From Cenarchaeum sp. (lineage in GTDB: Archaea; Thermoproteota; Nitrososphaeria; Nitrososphaerales; Nitrosopumilaceae): a stretch of 64,000 nucleotides of DNA. Under the pieces are notes generated by a model. It did no database searches. It worked only from the letters and a program-made list of their open reading frames with translations, and was not told the DNA's origin. Position 1 is the stretch's first letter, and each line of letters begins with the position of its first letter. Shown piece after piece: positions 58,101 to 64,000 of the stretch. The DNA lies in assembly GCA_963693095.2 (NCBI GenBank), contig OY843768.1, forward strand, positions 288,001-352,000, in the 5' to 3' direction. Made by a program: the position numbers and the translations under genes.

Positions 58101-61100
58101 GCTAGAGACTTTCTCACACCTCCAACGTGGACGGCACCGGCATCAGACGGTGCGCCTCCGTCCATCGGGGACTCTGGGTTTATGGGTCCGACAAAGATAC
58201 GACTCGAGTTCACCGAGGCCCTTGATCAGGTCGAGGCCGTAAAGCCGACAAACTATGCCGTCACGTCAGGGGGCAGCCCAGTTGCGCTTGATGCCGCCAC
58301 GCCGCCGTCGTATGCCGACGGCCCGCCGGCGAGCGTCACGCTGACCCTTGATGATGACGCCGTGGACGGTACAGTGTACACGGTCACGCCGTCACGGAGC
58401 ATCACTGATGTCAACTCTGTCGCGTACGGGGGCAGTGGGGAGGACGTGACATACACGCCCACGCCGCCGCTCGCCACGTCAATATCGTTCAGGGTGTATG
58501 GTGACACCGACACTGGCGCCGGCGACACGCTGAACCTCTCGACGCTAAAGTCTGGCGACAGTGCGCTCATCGCCCGTGCAGGCGACACCATACGCCTCGC
58601 GCTCGAGCTCAGCGAGGACCACCGCGCCACGGCACCGACAATAACGCTTGCCGGAAGGGGAGTCACGGGGGCGGCCATGGCAGACGCAGGCGATGACAGC
58701 CCACGGACGTGGATATATGACCTGGCCGTGGCGCGGGGTTCCGCCGAGACCACAGAGTCCGCACCGTTTGCCTTTTCGATCGTCGCCACGGATGCCACAT
58801 CAGAGACTAGCACAATAACTGCGACGTCAGGACACGACGGCACGATAGCGGTGAGCCTGCCGACCATAGACCTGACCGGACCCATGTTTGATGCCAACGT
58901 GCCCCCAATGTTCAGCACGGACGACAAAATAACACTCACGTTCACCGAGGCCATTGATCCGGTGGAGGCAGTAAATCCGGCGAGATACACCATCGCGTCA
59001 GGAGGCAGCAGCGTTGCGCTGTCGACTGCCACGCCGCCGTCGCACTCTGGAGGCCCGCCGGCGACGGTGGTCCTGACGCTGGCCACGCCGGCCACCGTGT
59101 CGGGCACAGAGTACACCGTGTTGACGACCGTTCCGGACACCGTTGGCAACATCGCCTCGGTCACGTCCACGCTGACATATGGCGTGCCGACACTGCTGTC
59201 GGCCAGGACGGCCTCCTCCACGCTAACAGTCGTCACGCTCTCGCAACCCGTGATGGGATCCGGCGCGCCGGGATCATGGACGATCGACGGCAGCCTGGCC
59301 GGCGAGGAGCCGATGCCGGCCACGGGCATCGCCTCGGGCACAGTCACGGGCGTCACGGCGGGCACCGCGGCGGTGCCCATAACCTCCAACAGGATCACGC
59401 TCCTCCACGGCGAGCTCTCAACGGCCTCGACGCCAAAGGTGACGTACGCGAGGGGCACGGACACGCTCTCCGCGCCGGCCGGCCCTCTTGCGACAGACTC
59501 CACGGGAGTCACCGCCGTAGACGGCGCGCCGCCGCGCGTCACCTCTGCGGCGCTAGTCGACTCGCCACTGGCCACGCCCTCCAGTCCGCGCCCCAAGTCA
59601 GTGGAGCTCACGTTCTCCGAGGCGGTGAACGCGCCGCCCGCATCGGCGTTTGCGCTATATGCGGCGCCCACGGGCACGACGGCTGCCGCCTCGATCACCT
59701 CAGTCGCACGCTCATCTCCTAGCGGCGGGGTGGCAAACTCTGTCCTCACGCTAGAGCGAGACGCCGTGGTGCAAAGCACGCAGCCGCGCTACCTGCACAT
59801 CTCTGCGACACTGCTGACGGACAAGGCAACGGTGCCGGTGCCCTACGGCGTTGTCCCGAGGATTCCGGTCTCTGAAGGCCTGCCGACGCTGGCCAACTCG
59901 TGGATTTCAGGCCCCAGGCACATATCGCTCCAGTTCAACGAGCGTCTGGACAACGATCCGCCGATGGCTCCCGGCAGCTTTACGGTCACCACCGCCAGTG
60001 ACATGCCAACGCCCATATCGCTTGCCCCAACAGACCCCGTCGCGTATGATGACGCCACGCGCACAGTCAGGCTCACGCTGGCCAATGACCTCTCTGGCTC
60101 GTCACTAATTGTCACCCCCGCTGTCACAAAGCTTGGAAGCGCGGGCAGCTATTCCACTTCGCGCACGATCAGCGGATACACGCTGCTCTTTTCGGCCACG
60201 ACCACTAGCGTCAACACAGTCATGCTCACGCTTGCCAGTGGCCTGGGCGGAAGCGTGGCTGCCGGCGAGTTTGGGGCCATTGACGCCGGTGGCGCTGCCC
60301 TGATTGCGGCCAACGGCGTGTCCACTGACGGCATAACATTTGCCGGCTCTACGCAGCTCTCGGGCACGACGCTTCACCTGCGGCTAGGCTCCGACCTTGC
60401 CTCGACTGGCTCGACTCCCGAGGTGACGTACACGGCCCCGTCATCTGCGGGCATCACTGCCTTGACTAGCATACCGATAACGTGGACGGCCGTGGCGTCT
60501 GACGGCGTGCCTCCATCCATCGAGAACTCTAGGTTTATGGGCCCGACAAAGATACGCCTCGAGTTCAACGAGGCCCTTGATCCGCTGCAGGCGGTAAATC
60601 CGGCGAGATACACCGTCACGTCAGGGGGCAGCCCAGTTGCGCTGGATGCCGCCACGCCGCCGTCGTACGCCGACGGCCCGCCGGCGAGCGTCACGCTGAC
60701 CCTGCCCGGCAACGCCGTGGACGGGACGGTGTACACGGTCACGCCGTCACAGAGCCTCACTGATGCCAACTCTGTCGCGTACGGGGGCAGTGGGGAGGAC
60801 GTGACGTACACGGCCATGCCGCCGCTCGCCACGTCAATATCCTTCAGGGTGTACGGCGACACCGACACGGACGGCGCTGGCACGGCCGACACGCTGGACC
60901 TCTCGACGCTAAAGTCTGGCGCCACTGCGCTCATCGCCAGTGCGGGTGACACCATACGCCTCGCGCTCGAGCTCGACGAGGACCACCATGCCACGGCGCC
61001 GACAATAACGCTTGCCGGAAGGGGAGTCACTGGGGCGGCCATGGCAGACGCAGGCGATGACAACCCGCGGACGTGGATATATGACCTGGCCGTGGCGCAG

Positions 61101-64000
61101 GGTTCCGTCGAGACCACAGATTCCGCACCGTTTGACTTTTCGATCGTCGCCACGGATGTCACATCCGAGACTAGCACAATAACTGCGACATCGGGGCACG
61201 ACGGCACGATATCGGTGAGCCTGCCGACCATAGACCTGACCGGACCTGTGTTTGACGCCAACGCGCCCCCCGCGTTCACCATGGACGACAAAATAACACT
61301 CACGTTCAACGAGGCCATTGATCCGGCAGAGGCAGTAAAGCCGGCGAGGTACACCGTCACGTCCGGCGGCAGCAGCGTTGCGCTGTCGACTGCCACGCCG
61401 CCGTCGCACTCTGGCGGCCCGCCGGCGACGGTGGTCCTCACGCTGGCCACGCCGGCCACCGTGCCCGGCACCGTGTACACGGTCTCGACGACCGTTCCGG
61501 ACATCGTTGGCAACGCCGCCTCGGCCACGGCCACGCTGACATATGGATTGCCGACGATACTGTCGGCCAGGACGGCCTCCCCCACGCTAACGGTCGTCAC
61601 GCTCTCGCAACCCGTGACGGGATCCGGCTCGCCGGGTTCATGGACGATCGACGGCAGCATTGCCGGAGAGGAGCCGATGTCGGCCACGGGCATCGCCCCA
61701 GGCGAAGTCACGAGCGTCACGGCGGGCACCGCGGCGGTGCCCATAGCCTCCAACAGGATAACGCTCCTCCACGGCGAGCTCTCGGCGGCCTCGACGCCAA
61801 AGGTGACGTACGCGAGGGGCACGGACACGCTCTCCACGCCAGTCGGTCCGCTGGCGACAGACGCCACGGGAGTCACTGCCGTTGACGGCACGCCGCCGCG
61901 CGTCGTCGCCGCAGCGCTAGTCGACTCGCCGCTGGCCACGCCCTCCAATCCGCGCCCCAAGGCAGTGGAGCTCACGTTCTCCGAGGCGGTGAACGCACCG
62001 GCAGCATCGGCGTTTGCGATGTACACAGAGCCCACGGGCACGACGGCTGCCGCCTCGATCACCTCGGTGACGCGCTCCTCTCCTAGCGGCGGGGTGGCAA
62101 ACTCTGTCCTCACGCTAGAGCGGGACGCCGTTGTCGAGAGCGCGCAGCCGCGCTACCTGCACATCTCCCCGACACTTTTGACGGACAGGGCAACGGTGCC
62201 GGTGCCCTACGGCACTGTCCCGAGGATTCCGGTCTCTGAAGGCCTGCCGACGCTGGCCCACTCGTGGATCTCTGGCATCAGGCAAATATCGCTCCAGTTC
62301 AACGAGCGGCTGGACAGCGATCCGCCGTTGGGTCCGGAGAGCTTTAGGGTTGTAATTTCCCGTGCGGGCATTGTCGAACTGCCGCTTGCCTCGACAAGTC
62401 CCGTTATGTATGACGACGCCACGCGCACAGTCAGGCTCGTGATGGCCGAAGACATTCCCCAGCAGACAACTAGGGTGTATCCCGCCGTGGCCAAGCTTGG
62501 CAGCACGGGGACTTTCTCAGACTTTACCCAGATCCCACCTACCTCATTTCTCTTCTCGGCCACTACCACTAGCGTCAGCACAGTCAGGCTCCTGATGGAA
62601 GGCAGCCTGGACGGGAGCGTGGCTGCCGGCGAGTTTAGCGTCACTGACTCTGGTGGCGCTACTCCAATCGCCGTCAGCGGCGTCTCCTCTGACGGTGTGA
62701 ACTTTTTCTCCTCCGCGGCGAGCTCCAACAAGTTTGTTTACCTGCAACTCAGATCAGACCTTGCCTCAACTGGCTCGACTCCGGATGCGACATACACGCA
62801 TTCTGTGGATACCGCCCTCACTAGCCAGATCGCCATACCTAGAACGTGGACGGCAACGGCATCAGACGGCGTGCCTCCATCCATCGAGAACTCTGAGTTT
62901 CTGAGCCCAAAAAAGATACGCCTCGAGTTCACCGAGGCCCTTGATCAGGTCGAGGCCGTAAAGCCGGCAAACTATGCCGTCACGTCCGGCGGCAGCCCAG
63001 TTGCGCTGGATGGCTCCACGCCGCCGTCGTATGCCGACGGCCCGCCGGCGAGCGTCACGCTGACCCTGGCCAACAACGCCGTGGGCGGGACGCTGCACAC
63101 GGTCACGCCGTCACGGAGCATCACTGATGCCAACTCTATCGCGTACGGCGGCGATGGCGTGGACGCAACGTCCCCCGTGACAGACGCGATTGCCCCTACG
63201 GCCACTGTAGAGTTCACCGAGGCTGACACGATAGTGATCAAGCTGTCTGAGGCGCTGTCCAACACGCGCTCTGACATAGAGGGCTATACGTATACCGTGA
63301 TGAGGGGGAGCACCACAGTCGCGCTGGCCACGGCTGATCTGTCGGCCACGCCGCAGGTAAGGCCAGTCGTTTACAATGCGGCCGAGCGCACGATCACGCT
63401 CACGCTGGCCGACGCCGCGACTCCTGACGTGTTCCATGTCGTGACGCTGCCGTCGAGCCTGACTGACCTGGCAGGCAACGCGCTTGCGATGTCCAGGGTC
63501 TCTGTGATATATGCCACGCCGTACCCGCTCGCCACGTCAATATTGTTCAGGGTGTACGACGACACTGACATGGGAGCCGGCGACACGCTGGACCTCATGA
63601 CGCTAAGGTCCGGCGCGCTAGTTGCGGGTGCGGGCGACACGATACGCCTTGTGCTCACGCTAAACGAGAATCACCATTCTGATGCGCCGAGGATAACGCT
63701 GGCCGGAAGGGGCGTCACCAACGAGGCGATGGACAACGCAGGCGATAGTGACGCGAGGACGTGGATATACGATCTCGCAGTGACGGAGACGACTGTTGCC
63801 ACCTCAACGTCCGCACCATTCGAATTTTCGATCGCAGTGCAGGATGACGACACGATGCCCAACATGGGCACGATAACAGAATCCACCGGCCATGCCGGCA
63901 CGATGCGCATAGACCTGCCGACCATAGACCTGACCGGACCGGAGCTTGACGCCGATGCGCCAGCGGTGTTCACCACGGCCAGCGCCATAACGCTCACATT
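49128..64000 (+). CDS. giant secreted repetitive surface protein/adhesin (>4,950 aa, runs off window)
   Basis: ATG 49128 with signal peptide MRGVVCGLALAIAVICIATTAGDVMA; no ORF in this frame is closed in the track; the run of T/V-rich antisense shadow ORFs keeps one register to 63997; recurrent Ig-like D.T.P...ITLTF.E units rich in T/A/V/S. Confidence 0.88.
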   Translation, partial: MRGVVCGLALAIAVICIATTAGDVMAHTSPAFHAVRASGDVGAVEDITWRGVASSALSHTNIGPINNAAEFTSLSGITGALDRLAAGTAQISRISFDPVFTTHATVTPTQDISEWTLIEGSAGDVNGMCARVGSQGTPRDMLGVIAVRDDASVVFVHEALSTTASRMHAIYHPDAAPSVSGTQPSSRGCAYLADGVSPYIESATFTASNMISVTFTETVTRNVGTGSMGWSVSGLTVSNVAHTGTTYTLTVSGATSGTAYTISAANGIADLASPTANVIRNDATATATYTDTTPPTFTARVYNVTHVAVKFDEPIQGTTMAAEWAVGVIDADQTTLTTAAIATTDVGETDSTKRSRVTIPPDPPFTGLLYVGILNSLDHSLRWALTETPMVRFTMPSGGLSDVVPGGTANSLQTATVVASANDGTGPTVASAAFTDARTITVTFSEDVVFTMAPADLVHERNYATDDGWTVTSPRGNLAVTSVAQTATNAYALTLGADAAFGRAYTVTPDAQVSDLNANTVPIIPRSDPRVAMPFPVQAYDGPFDAETRTSTTTLVTFAGGSITATLDVANWAVDEAAPEAAASIAISSIATVTADGTGQVTATPVVGSTPAVTHVLGSTPAVTSLLITHEDLDSTASTPIVTYTRPASGGLVAGTTAVPAGPVDAADGVPPELDDGDSLNMRTRENSLSPRMPIAPAGLSSDGPEGVWVRINPTEPLYAAGRLIQNDFATGGAGDAVAPADIKFFPGTDSEVTGQRAADAGDGNYNYSHSVVGTSPEGPVTFELTVRDAAGNAATFTHDDLTTGATDDNGIAIPNAGYRVSIDTTAPTVMSSAFTDTDELTITFSEHLAALDPAAESKFSVVAVPTDVNMYPTTIPGGTVTLTGSAVYAEQATTSTVTLMLASASAPGTVHTVQLPDNIVDDALNRLAASATASASRTVSDMTAPVASSIAFRVYDGTPDAGTLKSGDSKLLASDGDTIRLILTLNEAAAGTPTIEVVGRTPAGTAMGDNGDGMDTTWHHDLLVTSSSGEAAYTFTIKAADAANNMATITRTAGLDTGVTVTVPTIDLTAPTLSSAATATTGTLTVTLSEAVTGAGVIAKWSAEDGATEAAISNVDVSGSTITLTYATIDDTSFAPTVKYTGTGLADLAGNAITLDATTLDATVAATDALRPTIALVTFTASNMISVTFTETVTRNVGTGSMGWSVSGLTVSKVEHTGTTYTLTVSGATSGTSYTISAANGIADLVSPTANVIRNDAMAMVIYTDTTPPTFSASLTSANTVTITFDENVSGTTAPAEWTVAGSTVSTVAPSSPSSVDEIVLTLSASRVGTALADPDGDGPLEEITQGSVVYTRPATDSATASNTLADGVGNDLAAAGRTAAATAVTDGAPPTARAAFLGSAIVILFSEPVNGVPGTLQVTQPGASAGPLGADHADGTARASVTISSPSAGEYSVALPTGIDDASDNELAAASVTATYAADTTAPTFRAELTSAETVRIIFDEAVFGVTAGSEWAVAGSSVSTAVPSSPFDATEIVLTLDDAERRPYTSLADPDGAGDLTAITAASVVYTRPSTGDDTLRNSAELRLAAAAGGSTAATAIADKAPPTFTARTLTTATIAVTFSETIHNTGSHSNHTPYRAVGNWAVDGAPPSGLAAANVTQGGATYTVFTLTVATLGVDDMPTVTYTRPASRYLADAVQGQGAPQFDNDRNNPVMDGASAIAADGIAATAGPFTAATRSLTTTLVEFDGGALAGTLDVTDWTVTDNDTGSADAELIISSVATVVGDGQTPVTATPETSAGAGDAVTPAIPSSPASTQLLITHAPLSSTAATPRVAYADGDLKEGGTGGSDVADGGAEATDGVPPLATAMSFTVFNGPASFGHTKSGASELHARLTDTVRILLTLNEAITARPVLTGGGVSSVQMNAVPGDTTMWTYDLSVGAATPEGTLALSISVTDGTATGTITTASGMVAESGFATGSMADDLPVVDRTPPTLQDAEFVGNDIVLTLDEDVTIAGGIVVTPPSGSVAVYVATASGMTVTVEVGASVEGGYLVYVPATIQDLAGNVFVAVQRTVQYVTPDTTAPVASSIAFEVYDGTPDAGTLKSGDSALRASDGDTIRLILTLNEAAAGTPTIEVDGRTPAGTAMGDNGDALATTWHHDLLVTSSSGEAAFTFTIKAADAANNMATITRTAGLDTGVTVTVPTIDLTAPTATAEFRAVRTLVIMLSEALAGTVSAIGGYTYDVTVPDAGSDGNPDVVPLNSAIPPAYDATARTITLTLAGDAAPSIVHTVKLPALLADLAGNAFASPAEVTATYTPPATPPLATSISFRVYGDTDTGADDTLDLTTLKSGPTALIARAGDTIRLALELDEDHHATAPTITLAGRGVTGAAMADAGDDSPRTWIYDLAVAQGTSETTALTPFAFSIAVRDIASEPNTITATSGHDGTIAVSLPTIDLTGPVFDANAPPAFTMDDKITLTFNEAIDPVEAVKPTRYTVTSGGSSVALSTATPPSHSGGPPATVVLTLATPATVPGTEYTVSTTVPDIVGNAASATATPTYAVTTLLSARTASSTLTVVTLSHPVTGSGSPGSWTIDGSLAGEEPMPATGIASGAVTGVTAGTAAVPIASNTITLLHGELSTASTPRVTYAMGTDTLSAPVGQLVTDATGVTATDGAPPRVVAAALVDSPLATQSNPRPKAVELTFSEAVNAPAASAFALYTEPTGTTAAASITSATRSSPSGGVANSVLTLERDDVIASVQPRYLHISPTLLTDMAMVPVPYGTAPRIPVSEGATTRVDWWIVSPRQITVQFHERLDNDPPLGPESFTVRVSRDGSNVVLPFASTNPVMYDDATRTLRLMMDDDLSSSVTVLYTITKLGSTPFSGSRFLAYEPLFSAMTTSANTARLTLATGANFSGNMAVSVAASDFSVTESDGATSIAVTGISADGVSFSPSATLERPLRNFHLQFDADLASTASTPDVTYTPSGDSAIARDFLTPPTWTAPASDGAPPSIGDSGFMGPTKIRLEFTEALDQVEAVKPTNYAVTSGGSPVALDAATPPSYADGPPASVTLTLDDDAVDGTVYTVTPSRSITDVNSVAYGGSGEDVTYTPTPPLATSISFRVYGDTDTGAGDTLNLSTLKSGDSALIARAGDTIRLALELSEDHRATAPTITLAGRGVTGAAMADAGDDSPRTWIYDLAVARGSAETTESAPFAFSIVATDATSETSTITATSGHDGTIAVSLPTIDLTGPMFDANVPPMFSTDDKITLTFTEAIDPVEAVNPARYTIASGGSSVALSTATPPSHSGGPPATVVLTLATPATVSGTEYTVLTTVPDTVGNIASVTSTLTYGVPTLLSARTASSTLTVVTLSQPVMGSGAPGSWTIDGSLAGEEPMPATGIASGTVTGVTAGTAAVPITSNRITLLHGELSTASTPKVTYARGTDTLSAPAGPLATDSTGVTAVDGAPPRVTSAALVDSPLATPSSPRPKSVELTFSEAVNAPPASAFALYAAPTGTTAAASITSVARSSPSGGVANSVLTLERDAVVQSTQPRYLHISATLLTDKATVPVPYGVVPRIPVSEGLPTLANSWISGPRHISLQFNERLDNDPPMAPGSFTVTTASDMPTPISLAPTDPVAYDDATRTVRLTLANDLSGSSLIVTPAVTKLGSAGSYSTSRTISGYTLLFSATTTSVNTVMLTLASGLGGSVAAGEFGAIDAGGAALIAANGVSTDGITFAGSTQLSGTTLHLRLGSDLASTGSTPEVTYTAPSSAGITALTSIPITWTAVASDGVPPSIENSRFMGPTKIRLEFNEALDPLQAVNPARYTVTSGGSPVALDAATPPSYADGPPASVTLTLPGNAVDGTVYTVTPSQSLTDANSVAYGGSGEDVTYTAMPPLATSISFRVYGDTDTDGAGTADTLDLSTLKSGATALIASAGDTIRLALELDEDHHATAPTITLAGRGVTGAAMADAGDDNPRTWIYDLAVAQGSVETTDSAPFDFSIVATDVTSETSTITATSGHDGTISVSLPTIDLTGPVFDANAPPAFTMDDKITLTFNEAIDPAEAVKPARYTVTSGGSSVALSTATPPSHSGGPPATVVLTLATPATVPGTVYTVSTTVPDIVGNAASATATLTYGLPTILSARTASPTLTVVTLSQPVTGSGSPGSWTIDGSIAGEEPMSATGIAPGEVTSVTAGTAAVPIASNRITLLHGELSAASTPKVTYARGTDTLSTPVGPLATDATGVTAVDGTPPRVVAAALVDSPLATPSNPRPKAVELTFSEAVNAPAASAFAMYTEPTGTTAAASITSVTRSSPSGGVANSVLTLERDAVVESAQPRYLHISPTLLTDRATVPVPYGTVPRIPVSEGLPTLAHSWISGIRQISLQFNERLDSDPPLGPESFRVVISRAGIVELPLASTSPVMYDDATRTVRLVMAEDIPQQTTRVYPAVAKLGSTGTFSDFTQIPPTSFLFSATTTSVSTVRLLMEGSLDGSVAAGEFSVTDSGGATPIAVSGVSSDGVNFFSSAASSNKFVYLQLRSDLASTGSTPDATYTHSVDTALTSQIAIPRTWTATASDGVPPSIENSEFLSPKKIRLEFTEALDQVEAVKPANYAVTSGGSPVALDGSTPPSYADGPPASVTLTLANNAVGGTLHTVTPSRSITDANSIAYGGDGVDATSPVTDAIAPTATVEFTEADTIVIKLSEALSNTRSDIEGYTYTVMRGSTTVALATADLSATPQVRPVVYNAAERTITLTLADAATPDVFHVVTLPSSLTDLAGNALAMSRVSVIYATPYPLATSILFRVYDDTDMGAGDTLDLMTLRSGALVAGAGDTIRLVLTLNENHHSDAPRITLAGRGVTNEAMDNAGDSDARTWIYDLAVTETTVATSTSAPFEFSIAVQDDDTMPNMGTITESTGHAGTMRIDLPTIDLTGPELDADAPAVFTTASAITLT
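56093..64000 (+). repeat. large intragenic repeats of ~2.35-2.7 kb (units start ~56093, ~58467, ~60822, ~63525)
   Basis: Each unit starts CCGCTCGCCACGTCAATAT..TTCAGGGTGTA, followed by long stretches of high nucleotide similarity. Confidence 0.9.

Noticed and set aside
56093-63520. Diversity-generating retroelement acting on the repeats
   Set aside because: No reverse transcriptase in the window, and differences between copies are not adenine-specific
49223-63997. Many minus-strand ORFs of 100-580 aa
   Set aside because: Most share one register and read as antisense shadows of the giant plus-strand gene; the remainder lack any recognisable motif
48781-64000. Integrated element at tRNA-Trp
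   Set aside because: No integrase or duplicated tRNA 3' end seen, and the giant gene lies on the 5' side of the tRNA

Overview
GC-rich archaeal chromosome segment. Gene content and order point to a Nitrosopumilaceae (Thaumarchaeota / ammonia-oxidising archaea) lineage; the high GC content and giant surface protein resemble Cenarchaeum-like sponge symbionts (inference). The core backbone comprises: end of the S-layer gene; the SBDS-exosome-L37ae-Pcc1 operon; endA; L10e; split B12 methionine synthase and MTHFR-like genes; aglB; nop10; aIF2-alpha; a cobalamin cluster (cobO, cbiA, cbiC, cbiX, cbiG, cbiD); metK; Lsm; a RadA paralog; Lhr; RPA; aconitase; and a two-intron tRNA-Trp. Notable accessory material: (1) an AT-rich, tandemly triplicated, mosaic two-gene module (Panacea/SocA-YwgA-like gene plus an unknown 160-aa partner), each copy followed by an IS5 element or its deletion derivative, with the third partner gene knocked out by IS630; (2) a surface metallopeptidase/S-layer-domain gene whose signal peptide is out of frame across a G10 tract, and a G14 tract just upstream of the promoter of (3) a giant (>4,950 aa, open at the window end, missing from the ORF track) repetitive Ig-like surface protein; (4) a probable multi-hairpin H/ACA guide RNA; (5) a divergent CARF-like regulator/PIN pair. 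All family assignments come from motif recognition by eye; no searches were run.
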